DNA of 64,000 bases from Nitrospinales bacterium (GTDB lineage Bacteria; Nitrospinota; Nitrospinia; Nitrospinales; VA-1), in contig CBDCWG010000012.1 of the NCBI GenBank assembly GCA_965223345.1, forward strand, positions 160,001 through 224,000, given 5' to 3'. The position numbers were made by a program, and so were the translations under genes. Shown here piece after piece: positions 18,214 through 27,973 of the stretch. Below the pieces are notes generated by a model. That model made no database searches and was not told the origin of the DNA. It saw only the letters and a list, made by a program, of their open reading frames with translations. Each line of letters opens with the position of its first letter. Positions within the stretch are counted from its first letter, which is position 1.

Positions 18214-18525
18214 TCTGAATATTCCTCAATACAAGTGTGTTTCGCGATAGTGTTAACGAAGTTTTTGTTTGCAAAAATCAGAAATAGGGAACGGGAGGTT
18301 CCATCTCATTCCTCAGGAAAAACCTCATACCGCGGCTTGGTCTAAGCCGCTTTGCCTTTGAGTTCAGGGCTTAGTGAGCCCACAAACCCCGAGATTAGCC
18401 AAAACCGTGAAATCAGCGCTCACAGGGTGCTGCCCGGCCGATTGGGCCTTGACCCTAAGGTCCTGAAATGCTATTAATTGACCTCCTCAAACCCAAAAAT
18501 TCTGACTTTTTTCCGGAGTGGATTC

Positions 18526-18726
18526 ATGGAAGTCAACACGATCAAAATCGAAATACGCAAGCACCATGTGACGCCCGGCATGAACGTGCTGGACCTCGTC
18601 ATCGATGCGAACGGTGAAAAAATCGTCAAGCAGACGCAGCACAAGGATACGGATCAATCGTTTCAGAAGTTCGTGAAGGATGCGATCGCGCTCGGCAAGG
18701 AACTGGCGGAAGCCCGGATCGAATGA
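18526..18726 (+). CDS. Small hypothetical protein
   Basis: GGAG RBS, host-like codon use, upstream TTGACC-N17-TATTAA. Confidence 0.7.
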   Translation: MEVNTIKIEIRKHHVTPGMNVLDLVIDANGEKIVKQTQHKDTDQSFQKFVKDAIALGKELAEARIE

Positions 18727-19020
18727 ACCATCCCCTGCCCTTTTGAAAAACTCCAGACTCTTCCCGCCCGCACGCCAGTCCTGAAGGATGCCCGGCGCAT
18801 TCAAACAAGGGGAAACGGGACGCGGTCCCGGCTCCTGGGCCATTCCCGCAAACGGCGCGCTTTCAGAAAAAACGCAAACTCTGTCTACCAGACACCGCTT
18901 GTGGTGATCGAAGCCGCAACTCCGCGCAGGTGGGGGACGCTTTGCGAAAACGCACAACCGCAGATCGTTAAAACGCCGCCCGGCGTGAACAAACTCGCCC
19001 TCCGCTTCAGGAGCGCGCGA

Positions 19021-20082
19021 TCAGGAATGCGTTTCCCGCTTGATATTCATCTTTTTCAGTTTTTCCACCAGGGTGGTGCGGTTGAGCCCCAGAAGATTGG
19101 CGGCTTTGTTCTTCACCCAGTCGGTTTTCTCCAACGCTTCCAGGATCAGCTCGCGCTCGAACTCCTCCACCGCCATCTTGAGGTTCATGCCCTCGTCGGG
19201 CACGCCCACGGTGAAGGATTTGCGCAGCGACTGCTGCAGCACGTGCGCCGCCGATTCGCGCGGCTCGGATTCCTCCAGGGGTTTCCAGCGCTCGCGCGGC
19301 GCGTCGCCCAGAACTTTGTCCGGCAGGTCGTTGGGCGTGATGACGGAGCCGCGGCTCAGCACCACCATGCGCTCGACGAAGTTCGCAAGCTCGCGGATGT
19401 TTCCCGGCCAGGCGTACTGGCCGAGGATGTCCATCGTCTCCGGACTCATGGATTTGCGGCGGCCGTTGATCTTCTTGTTGAACTGCTCGAGGAAATGCTC
19501 GACCAGCAGCGGAACGTCGGACTGGCGTTCTCTCAAGGGGGGCATGAAAATGGGAATGATGTTGAGGCGGTAAAAAAGGTCTTCGCGGAAATCGCCGCTC
19601 AGGATGGCCTGCTCGAGGTTTCTGTGGGTAGCCGCGATCACGCGCACGTCGATGGCGATGGGCTTGGTGCCGCCGATGCGGTCGATCTCCCGTTCCGCCA
19701 GAACGCGCAGCAGCTTGACCTGCAGGTTCAGCGGCATGTCGCCGATCTCGTCGAGAAAGACGGTGCCTTCGTTGGCCAGCTCCATGCGGCCGATGCGGGC
19801 GTTGGCCGCGCCGGTGAACGCGCCTTTTTCGTAGCCGAACAATTCGCTTTCCAACAGCTCGCTGGGGATGGCGGCGCAGTTGACGGCGACGAAGGGCTGG
19901 TTGGCGCGGTGGCTGTTGTGGTGGAGGGCGCGGGCGATCAGCTCCTTGCCGGTGCCGCTTTCTCCGTAAATCATGACGGTGCTGTCGGAGCAGGCGGACT
20001 TGTCTACGATCTCAAAGACTTCTCGTATCGGTTTGCTGTCACCGATGATCTGGAAGGAGTCTGTGTTTAATTTTATTTCCAT
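19021..20082 (-). CDS. sigma54-dependent enhancer-binding protein, FleQ/FlrA-like, lacking an N-terminal regulatory domain
   Basis: [37 protein letters not shown] ending [10 protein letters not shown]. Confidence 0.88.
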   Translation of the reverse strand: MEIKLNTDSFQIIGDSKPIREVFEIVDKSACSDSTVMIYGESGTGKELIARALHHNSHRANQPFVAVNCAAIPSELLESELFGYEKGAFTGAANARIGRMELANEGTVFLDEIGDMPLNLQVKLLRVLAEREIDRIGGTKPIAIDVRVIAATHRNLEQAILSGDFREDLFYRLNIIPIFMPPLRERQSDVPLLVEHFLEQFNKKINGRRKSMSPETMDILGQYAWPGNIRELANFVERMVVLSRGSVITPNDLPDKVLGDAPRERWKPLEESEPRESAAHVLQQSLRKSFTVGVPDEGMNLKMAVEEFERELILEALEKTDWVKNKAANLLGLNRTTLVEKLKKMNIKRETHS

Positions 20083-20094
20083 AAATTGAAAATC

Positions 20095-20122
20095 ATTATA
20101 GCCGGATGTAAATGATTGTCAA
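20095..20122 (-). promoter_or_regulatory. sigma70 promoter of the FleQ-like gene
   Basis: Minus strand TTGACA-N16-TATAAT. Confidence 0.7.
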
Positions 20123-20326
20123 AAAAAACACTAACCCAACGAAGCTTCTTCCAGAATTATTGAAAAGTTTTATGGGAGTTTCTTTTTTATTTGTTTATGT
20201 TTTTGAAGATCAGACTTGCTTTCAATAATTTTTATTAAATTTTATCACTTTGTGTGTTTTGAAAAAGCTTTTTGCATTGCATGTGAGGGAGGAAGGAAAG
20301 AAAAAAATATTAAAGTGAGAGATGGA

Positions 20327-21705
20327 TCACTTGCCGATGCAGAATTCTCCGAAGATCCGGTCGAGCAGATCCTCATCGAAGGTTTTCCCGAGCAGGGAAC
20401 CGATCCGCTCCTGAGCGGCCTGCACGTCCACGGCGATGAATTCCTCGGACAGGCCCTCTTTTAAGGATGCGGCGGCCCGCTCCAGCGCTTTGGCGGCGTC
20501 CTCCAGGCACTGCCGGTGCCTCTCGCGCGTGATGACGCCCGCTTCCGGCCGCCGCCGGTCTGCGACAGCGCCGCGTGCAGCGCTTCGATCAGCTCCGGCA
20601 GCCCGTCTCCTTCTTTGGCGGAGATCTTCAGGGGCGCGGCCTCATCGGGGAAGGCGGCGGTCAACTGAGCCCGGTCCAGTTTTTCCGGCAGGTCGCATTT
20701 GTTGAGTAAAAGAATTTTCTGCTTGCCCTGCACCTCGCGCAGCAACAGCGCGTCGTTGTCGTCGAGCGGCTCGGAAGCGTCGAACACCACCAGCGCGAGG
20801 TCGGCCTGCTTGAGCGCCGCCAGCGCGCGTTGGATGCCTTCGCCCTCGATGGATTCGGGATCCTTACGCAATCCCGCCGCATCGACGATGTTGATGTGGA
20901 TGTCCTTGATGCGCACGCGCTCTTCCAGCGTGTCGCGCGTGGTGCCCGGATGCGGTGTGACGATGGCGCGTTCCTCGCCCAACAGCAGGTTGAGCAGGCT
21001 GGATTTGCCGACGTTGGGCTTGCCGATCAACGCGACGCGCGCGCCTTCGCGTTCGATCTTGCCGCGGTCAAAGGTAGCGAGCAGCGCCTGGATTCCGGCT
21101 TGCACGGAGTGCACGTCTTTCAGCACGCGGTCTTTTTTTTCAAACTCGATCCCCTCTTCCGGAAAATCGATCGCCGCCTCCAGCTGCGCCAGAACCGCAA
21201 GCAGCGAAGCGTACAACGCCTCGATGGACTGGGAGAGCGTTCCCTTGAGCTGCGCCAGCGCCGCCTTGAGGGCTTTTTCCGATGCGGCGTGGATCACATC
21301 GGCCACCGCCTCGGCCTGCGTGAGGTCGATCTTGCCGTTGAGGAACGCGCGGCGCGTGAACTCGCCGGGCTCGGCGAGCCGCGCCCCCTGCTCCAGGATC
21401 AGTTTCAGGATGCGGCCGGCCACGTAGGAACCGCCGTGCGCGCTGACCTCGACCACCTCTTCGCCGGTGTAGCTTTTCGGCGCGCGAAACCAAGTCACCA
21501 GCACCCGGTCGATGGCGGCGTGCGTCGCGGGGTCGCGGATCTCTCCATAGGTGACGCGGTGCGGGCTCAAATCCGCTGCGGCCTCACCACCCGTGCGGTG
21601 AAACAGCTTCGCGATCAGGCTCCGGCTTTCGGGTCCGCTGACGCGGAGCACGTGGATCCCGCCTTCTCCCTGAGGGGTGGCGATGGCTGCGATGGTGTCT
21701 TTCAT
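20327..21705 (-). CDS. mnmE: tRNA modification GTPase MnmE, with an apparent 1-nt frameshift near 20547
   Basis: DTIAAIAT, GEFTRRAFLNGK, GKPNVGKSS, GTTRD; the conserved C-terminus ...LLDRIFGEFCIGK* lies in another frame and ends at 20327. Confidence 0.92.
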
Positions 21706-21769
21706 GGCCTTTTCCTGCACAAACGCCGGGAGAGCCCCGATCTCATGGCCAACCAGGATACATCACCGT

Positions 21770-23413
21770 TTACTTGGCGATTTTGTAGATGTAGTACTGC
21801 TGCGCGATGGTCAGCACGTTGTTGATGGTCCAGTAAATGACCAGACCCGCAGGGAAGGTGATAAACAGGAAGGTGAACACGACGGGCAGAAACATCATGA
21901 TCTTCTGCTGCACCGGGTCGCCGATGGTGGGGGACAGCCTTTGCTGCAAAAACATCGTCACGCCCATCAGCACCGGCGTCACGTAGTAGGGATCCTGGAC
22001 GGACAGGTCCTGAATCCACAGCATGAACGGCGCGCCGCGCAGTTCGATGGAAAAAAACAGGGCGTGGTACAGCGCGATGAACACGGGAATCTGCAACAGC
22101 ATGGGCAGACAGCCGCCGAGCGGATTGACCTTGTGCTTTTTGTACAGCTCCAGCATCTCCTCGTTCATCTTCTGGCGGTCGTTTTTGTTGCGCTCCTGGA
22201 TCACCTTGACGTAGGGCTGGATTTTCTGCATCCCCTTCATGGATTTGAAACTTTTGTGGGTGAGGGGGAAGAACAGGATTTTGATGATGATGGTCAGGAT
22301 GATGATCGACCAGCCGTAGTTTTTGGTGATGCCGTAAAAATACTCCAGGGTCTTGAGCAGGGGCTTCACCAGAAAGGCGAATTTGTTGCCGAGCCAGCCG
22401 TAGTCGAGAAGGCGGAACAGCTTGTGGCCGGAGTCTTCCAGCACCTGCAGCTGCTTGGTGCCCGCATACAACAGGTACGACACGGACGCGGCGGACTGCA
22501 CCGATTCGAAATCGAGCCCGACGTAAAGCTCGTCGTTCTTTTTCTGCACCCGCGCCGATTTCGCGCCTTCGTTCGGCACCAGGGCGGCGGCGAAGTATTT
22601 ATTCTGGAATGACGTCCACTTGAGATCGCCTTTCAGCGTGACGCCGCCGTCGATTTCATCCTCGGGGGTTTCGATGCGCTCGTTGTTGACGAAACTGGTG
22701 GGGCCGGAAAAAATGAAGTAGTCGGTCTGCGAGCTCACCGCGCCGCCCATCGAGGGCCCCCACAGCACGCGGTAGTTCAGGTTGCGGCTCGCCAGCGGGA
22801 TGGCGCTGATGCGCGTGTTCACCTGCACTAGAAATTCCTTGTGACGGAACGTGAATTCGCGCACCACTTCCAGCCCGGACTCGTGACGCAGACTCATCGT
22901 CAGCTTGCCTTCGGGATTGGCCTCGTTGATTTCGAGAAATTCCGGGGACACGTCGTAATACGCATTCTGCAGAATGTGGGTGATGGATGCGTCGTCCGAC
23001 TCGAGCGCAAGCGGCATCGTCGCGCCGGGCACGTGGTTGACGAGGTCCACCACTTCGCCGTCGTCGGTGCGGTACTCGGGCAGCAGCACCTGTTGGAGCG
23101 TGCCGCCTCTGTTGGAAAACTGAAAGCGGGCGCGGCCGTTGAAAACGGTGACGAGCTTCTCTGTGCCCGGAAAGGGAGCCGGCGCGGGAGCCACTGCAGG
23201 GGGCGCCGCCTCTCCGGTTTCGGGCAGCGGCGCCGGTTCACCCGGTGCGGGCGGCGTGTCCGCGGACGGCGGCGTCTGTTTCTGGGCCTGCTGGGTTGGC
23301 GTCTTTTTCTTTTTGGCGTCGGGAGGCGGCGGATTGATGACCGCCATGAAATACCCCCATCCCACGAACACCACCAGGGACAACACAAACGCCAGCAACA
23401 CTCGGTTTTCCAA
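21770..23413 (-). CDS. yidC: Membrane protein insertase YidC
   Basis: DYGWL, NYGWSII, NPLGGCLP.LLQIPVF, WIQDLS..DPYY. Confidence 0.96.
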   Translation of the reverse strand: MENRVLLAFVLSLVVFVGWGYFMAVINPPPPDAKKKKTPTQQAQKQTPPSADTPPAPGEPAPLPETGEAAPPAVAPAPAPFPGTEKLVTVFNGRARFQFSNRGGTLQQVLLPEYRTDDGEVVDLVNHVPGATMPLALESDDASITHILQNAYYDVSPEFLEINEANPEGKLTMSLRHESGLEVVREFTFRHKEFLVQVNTRISAIPLASRNLNYRVLWGPSMGGAVSSQTDYFIFSGPTSFVNNERIETPEDEIDGGVTLKGDLKWTSFQNKYFAAALVPNEGAKSARVQKKNDELYVGLDFESVQSAASVSYLLYAGTKQLQVLEDSGHKLFRLLDYGWLGNKFAFLVKPLLKTLEYFYGITKNYGWSIIILTIIIKILFFPLTHKSFKSMKGMQKIQPYVKVIQERNKNDRQKMNEEMLELYKKHKVNPLGGCLPMLLQIPVFIALYHALFFSIELRGAPFMLWIQDLSVQDPYYVTPVLMGVTMFLQQRLSPTIGDPVQQKIMMFLPVVFTFLFITFPAGLVIYWTINNVLTIAQQYYIYKIAK

Positions 23414-23442
23414 TTACGATTCTCCGCTGAAAAGGATACGCG

Positions 23443-23655
23443 TCATTTGAGAGGGTCGGCGCCCCCTTCATGATAGGGGTGGCACTTGAACAGGCGGCAC
23501 ACGATGCGGTAAAGCGCCAGAAACAGGTTGTGGCGCTCGAGCGCCTGCACCGAATACTCCGAACAACTGGGATAAAACCGGCACGCGGGAATCATGAAGG
23601 GAGATAAAAGCTTCTGGTAGAGCTTGATGATCTGGATCAGGACCCAATTGAGCAT
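23443..23655 (-). CDS. yidD: Membrane protein insertion efficiency factor YidD
   Basis: CRFYPSCSEY...CHPY..GGADP; canonical position. Confidence 0.92.
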   Translation of the reverse strand: MLNWVLIQIIKLYQKLLSPFMIPACRFYPSCSEYSVQALERHNLFLALYRIVCRLFKCHPYHEGGADPLK

Positions 23656-23696
23656 GGATGTTCAGGACCCGTACACAGGGTGGGAGTCTGGAAAAG

Positions 23697-24050
23697 TCAG
23701 GACGATTCTCGTATCTTCAGAAGAGTTTTGGCAATCTTTTTTTCCAACAAAGAAGCGGGAAGGGAAACCAGATCCTTACCGGAAATGATCACCAGATCGG
23801 TCCCCGGCTGTACCCGGTGCTTGAGGCGCCGGAACGCTTCGCGGATTTTCCGCTTGGCGCGGTTGCGGACCACGGCGTTGCCCACTTTTTTGGAGGCGAT
23901 GATGCCGAGCCTCCGGCGATTGAGGTCGTTTGGAAGGGTAAACAGCGTGCAGATGGTCTCGATCCGCCGCTTCCTGCCCCGAGCCATCACCCGTTCGAAC
24001 TCGGGCCGCTTGGCCAATCGTTCACTTTTTGAAAAAGTGAAATCGCCCAT
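23697..24050 (-). CDS. rnpA: Ribonuclease P protein component
   Basis: RLGIIASKKVGNAVVRNRAKRKIRE. Confidence 0.95.
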   Translation of the reverse strand: MGDFTFSKSERLAKRPEFERVMARGRKRRIETICTLFTLPNDLNRRRLGIIASKKVGNAVVRNRAKRKIREAFRRLKHRVQPGTDLVIISGKDLVSLPASLLEKKIAKTLLKIRESS

Positions 24051-24053
24051 GGG

Positions 24054-24188
24054 TCAGACGGTCAGCCGTTTCCGTCCTTTTCGCCTCCGGTTGGCCAGAA
24101 TCCTCCGGCCCCCCACCGTGGATTTCCGCTTGCGGAACCCGTGCGTCCTCTTTCTTCGTTGGTTTTTGGGTTGAAACGTTCTCTTCAT
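24054..24188 (-). CDS. rpmH: 50S ribosomal protein L34 (not in the ORF track)
   Basis: Manual translation [44 protein letters not shown]. Confidence 0.96.
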   Translation of the reverse strand: MKRTFQPKNQRRKRTHGFRKRKSTVGGRRILANRRRKGRKRLTV

Positions 24189-24517
24189 TTTTCACAAACC
24201 CGTCACAGCCGGCAGCCGCAATAAAAACCACTGATAAATCAGGGGTTATGCGTTTCCGGCTGAAATTATTCTTCTATTGCCCGGTTTTCGGGGAATTATT
24301 TCACCCGGCTCCCGCCTTGTCAAGGCCGATTTGAACTATTTTCCGCCAATTCAAACCTTTGCAACAATTTTTGTCGCTCGCTGGAAAGCGTGTGTTTTTT
24401 CGGCACTAAGGGGTCAATCCCTGGAAAAGGGGATAAATGGCCATTTTTTGTTATAAAATTCATCAATTATGCGGTAACATATTTAAAATCAATAGGAATA
24501 CAAATTCGAGGGGGATC

Positions 24518-26086
24518 ATGACCGTTTTACATTCTGCCAACGCCACAGCGGGACGCCGATTCCACTTTGGGAACCGAACGAAAGCCATCTCCTTTAAGAG
24601 CTCGTTGATTCTTTTCGGGTTGCTGGTTTTCAGCGCCGTGCACGCGCCCTTTGCGGCCTCGGAAAGCGCACGCACGCTGGAGACGTCTTTCGCTCCGGTG
24701 GAAGTGGCCCAGCTTTCTCCGGGACGCGTCGCCATCCTGGAGGGAACCACGGACGAGTCCATCGAAGGCAGCAAACTGTATTTCACCGAAAACAAACTCA
24801 AACAGGCCGGGTTCATTCTGTCTGAGACCGACTCGGTCGGCACCATCATAGATAATGTGGACGGCCACGGAACCTATGGGGTCGGGGAGTATGTCTTCAT
24901 CGACCTGGGCAAAGAACACGGCATCGCCAAAGGCGACAAGTTCACCGTTTTCAGCCGCGGCCGGCACATCCGCCATCCGGTTCTGTATGGCGAGGAAAAA
25001 GAAGGCATCCCCGATTACGAGCGGCCGCTGGCAGAACCGCACAAAACGTTCTTTTCCCGCGTCGGCCGCTTCGTCGGCTACATGGTGCGGGAGCTGGGCA
25101 TCCTCGAAGTGGTGGAAGTGACCGACGGTGCCTCCAAAGCAATCGTCAAGGAAAGCTACCAGCCGCTGCACGACGGCGCGCTGATCACGCCTTTCGTCAA
25201 ACTCAACGCACCTCCGAGACTGCCGAAGGCGAAAGCGGGTGAGCCGAGGCAGGAAGGCTATGTCATCGCGTTCCGCCGCGAAAGCTACCAGGCGGGACTC
25301 AACGACATCGTTTACATCGACCGGGGCCTGAAAGACAACGTGCGTCCGGGAGACCGATTCGAGTTTTACAAGGTACCGACGGTTGAGGAAGCGGACTGGA
25401 ACGAACTGCAACCGCGCGTGCAGCCCCTGATCCCGCAGGTGATCGGAGAGATGCAGGTTCTCAAGGTGCAGGAAGAAACCGCCACCGGCGTCATCACCAA
25501 CAGTCAGAATCCCATCAAGCTGGGCCAGCACATCCGTTACAAACCGGTGGACATCGTGCCCAAGCCGCTGGACCAGGTCGCCTCCTTACAGGCCGCCCCC
25601 GACTACACGCCGCGTGTGATGGAGATCATTCAGGAGGAAGAACCCGTCGTGGAGACCGTCGCCGAGGAATCCCCCTTCTCGGATTTCACCGATCCGCTGG
25701 CAGAGCCTGTGGAAGAGGCGAAACTGCTCGACTACATTCCCAGCCCGGACATGGCCAACGTGCACTTTGAGTTCGACCAGCACGCGATCGATTCGCACGC
25801 CGAAACCACGCTGCAAAAACATGCGGCCTACCTGAAGGACCACCCGTATGTGAAAGTTCAGATCGAAGGCCACGCGGACGACCGGGGCACCAACAACTAC
25901 AACCTGGCCCTGGGCGAGCGCCGCGCCGAAGCCGTGCGGGATTACCTGATATCTTTGGGTGTGGAAGAGGACCGCATGAGCGTCATTTCTTACGGCGAGG
26001 AAAAACCCACCTGCTTCGAAAGCAGCGAGACCTGCTGGCAGGAAAACCGCAAGGTGCACTTTCTCGTGAGCGAAGGACAAAGCTGA
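24518..26086 (+). CDS. Periplasmic protein with two FlgT-C/TsaP-like repeats and a C-terminal OmpA/Pal peptidoglycan-binding domain
   Basis: VFIDLGKEHGIAKGDKF and VYIDRGLKDNVRPGDRF repeats; IEGHADDRGT..YNLALGERRA, SYGEEKP. Start uncertain. Confidence 0.75.
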   Translation: MTVLHSANATAGRRFHFGNRTKAISFKSSLILFGLLVFSAVHAPFAASESARTLETSFAPVEVAQLSPGRVAILEGTTDESIEGSKLYFTENKLKQAGFILSETDSVGTIIDNVDGHGTYGVGEYVFIDLGKEHGIAKGDKFTVFSRGRHIRHPVLYGEEKEGIPDYERPLAEPHKTFFSRVGRFVGYMVRELGILEVVEVTDGASKAIVKESYQPLHDGALITPFVKLNAPPRLPKAKAGEPRQEGYVIAFRRESYQAGLNDIVYIDRGLKDNVRPGDRFEFYKVPTVEEADWNELQPRVQPLIPQVIGEMQVLKVQEETATGVITNSQNPIKLGQHIRYKPVDIVPKPLDQVASLQAAPDYTPRVMEIIQEEEPVVETVAEESPFSDFTDPLAEPVEEAKLLDYIPSPDMANVHFEFDQHAIDSHAETTLQKHAAYLKDHPYVKVQIEGHADDRGTNNYNLALGERRAEAVRDYLISLGVEEDRMSVISYGEEKPTCFESSETCWQENRKVHFLVSEGQS

Positions 26087-26161
26087 TATTCGCCCGGCAA
26101 GGCCCCCGCTATGGGGTTGAGCCGGGCAGCGTTTCTCCCTCCTTAAAGGCGTCCGCCGCGA

Positions 26162-27379
26162 TCAACCCGCTTCGATTTTCAGAAACCGTTTCTTGCCGAC
26201 TTTGATCAGGTATTCCCGGCCGCTCTCCAGCTTCAGACTGGCATCCGCCACTTTTTCTCCGTTGAGACTCACCGCGCCCTGTTGAATGAGCCGGCGGGCG
26301 GCGGAAGTGCTGTCTGTGAGCGCGTGTTCGGTGAGCACCTTGCAGATCCAGCGCGGCTCGCCCTGCCACGATTTCACGACCGGCACGTCTTCGGGCACCT
26401 GTTTCTTCTTAAAGACGTTTTCAAACTCGCGGTGCGCTTCCTCCGCCGCGTCCGGAGAGTGGTAGCGTGTGACGATCTCTTTGGCCAGCCGCACCTTCGC
26501 ATCCTTGGGGTTCGTCTTTCCCGCTTGCGCGTCCTTTTTGAGCGCGGCGAGTTCGTCTTCCGGCACGTCGCTCAGCAGCTCGTAAAACCGCCACATCATG
26601 GCGTCGGAGATCGACAGCACCTTGCCGAACATCTCCCCCGGCGCGTCGAACACGCCGATGCTGTTGCCGAGGCTTTTGCTCATCTTCTGCACGCCGTCGG
26701 TGCCTTCCAGAAGCGGCATGGTGAGCACGGTCTGCGGCTGCTGGCCGTAGCTTCTCTGCAGGTCCCGGCCGACGAGCAGGTTGAATTTCTGATCGGTGCC
26801 CCCCAGCTCCACGTCGGCCTTGAGCGCCACCGAGTCGTAGCCCTGAATGAGCGGATACAGCAATTCGTGGATGGACACGGGCAGGTTGTTGGCGAGGCGC
26901 TTCTGGAAATCGTCGCGCTCCACCATGCGCGCCACGGTGTATTGCGCGGCCAGGGCGATCATGTCCTGCGAGGTGAAGCGGTTCATCCATTCGCTGTTTT
27001 TCGCCACGGTGGTCTTGCCGCGGTCGAGGATCAGGTACACCTGCTCCAGGTACGTGCGGGCGTTGGTTTCCACTTCTTCGGGCGACAGGCTTTTCCGCGT
27101 CTCGGATTTTCCCGTCGGATCGCCGATCAGGGCGGTGAAATCCCCGACCAGGAAGATCACCTCGTGACCCAGTTCCTGAAACTGCTTCATTTTGTGCAGC
27201 AGCACGGTGTGACCCAGATGCAGATCGGGCGCGGTGGGGTCGAAGCCCGCCTTGACTCGAAGGGGCGTGCCTGTTTTAATTGATTTTTCGATCTGCTCTG
27301 CGAGTTCTTTTTCGTCGATGATCTCGGCGGCGCCGCGGCGGATTTTTTTCAGCTGATCTTCGACGGATAGCGTGTTCAT
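26162..27379 (-). CDS. tyrS: Tyrosine--tRNA ligase
   Basis: [27 protein letters not shown]-terminal S4 domain. Confidence 0.97.
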   Translation of the reverse strand: MNTLSVEDQLKKIRRGAAEIIDEKELAEQIEKSIKTGTPLRVKAGFDPTAPDLHLGHTVLLHKMKQFQELGHEVIFLVGDFTALIGDPTGKSETRKSLSPEEVETNARTYLEQVYLILDRGKTTVAKNSEWMNRFTSQDMIALAAQYTVARMVERDDFQKRLANNLPVSIHELLYPLIQGYDSVALKADVELGGTDQKFNLLVGRDLQRSYGQQPQTVLTMPLLEGTDGVQKMSKSLGNSIGVFDAPGEMFGKVLSISDAMMWRFYELLSDVPEDELAALKKDAQAGKTNPKDAKVRLAKEIVTRYHSPDAAEEAHREFENVFKKKQVPEDVPVVKSWQGEPRWICKVLTEHALTDSTSAARRLIQQGAVSLNGEKVADASLKLESGREYLIKVGKKRFLKIEAG

Positions 27380-27541
27380 GGTGCAGGCGGGCGGGAAAGA
27401 ACCCTCAATAGGTTGTCATTTCAGACGCAAAAGCCTGGCTGGACCCCGTCTGAGCGAAAAAATGGAATAGCACACCCGGAAGCAAACTGCAAGCGGGCCC
27501 CGGCGCTGGCGGCGCCCCGGCCCCAATGAGAATGGAGCGGC

Positions 27542-27910
27542 ATGACGAACGAAACACAGACGATGGATCCGGAAACCCTGAGCAAATACCGCGTGGCGGC
27601 GTACGTGTTTCTGGTGCTGAACCTCATCTACGCGGTCCTGGGCTGGCTGTTCATGCCGCCGTTCGCCGAGGGTGTTCCCAAAGAGGTGGTGTGGCTCGGG
27701 GTGATCGTGCTGGTTGTGCTGCTGTTTCCGGTCATCCGCAAAGGCTCGCAGCGCTGGGTGCGTGTGCTCGCGGTGATCTTTTTCATCCGTTCCGTGGGAA
27801 CCGGGTACATGCTGGCGACCCAGGAAACGCTGCCGGTGGTGCCGTTTCTGTTTCCCTGTCTGATGTTCACGTTTTACTTTCTCGGCCGCGCCGGGTGGGA
27901 CTGGCCGTGA
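27542..27910 (+). CDS. Hypothetical membrane protein (about 4 TM)
   Basis: GGAG RBS; four hydrophobic segments. Confidence 0.7.
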   Translation: MTNETQTMDPETLSKYRVAAYVFLVLNLIYAVLGWLFMPPFAEGVPKEVVWLGVIVLVVLLFPVIRKGSQRWVRVLAVIFFIRSVGTGYMLATQETLPVVPFLFPCLMFTFYFLGRAGWDWP

Positions 27911-27973
27911 GAACCGCGCAAAGCCACGCACACGCCGCAATATCGAATTCCCGCTCATGAGGTCTTTCGCGCC

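Noticed and set aside
18343..18365. GGCAAA-stem on the minus strand suggesting a c-di-GMP-I riboswitch
   Set aside because: No GNRA loop and no following GACGCAAAGC/P3 element; only a simple hairpin
24190..24517. Possible oriC next to rpmH
   Set aside because: No DnaA boxes seen and dnaA is not adjacent
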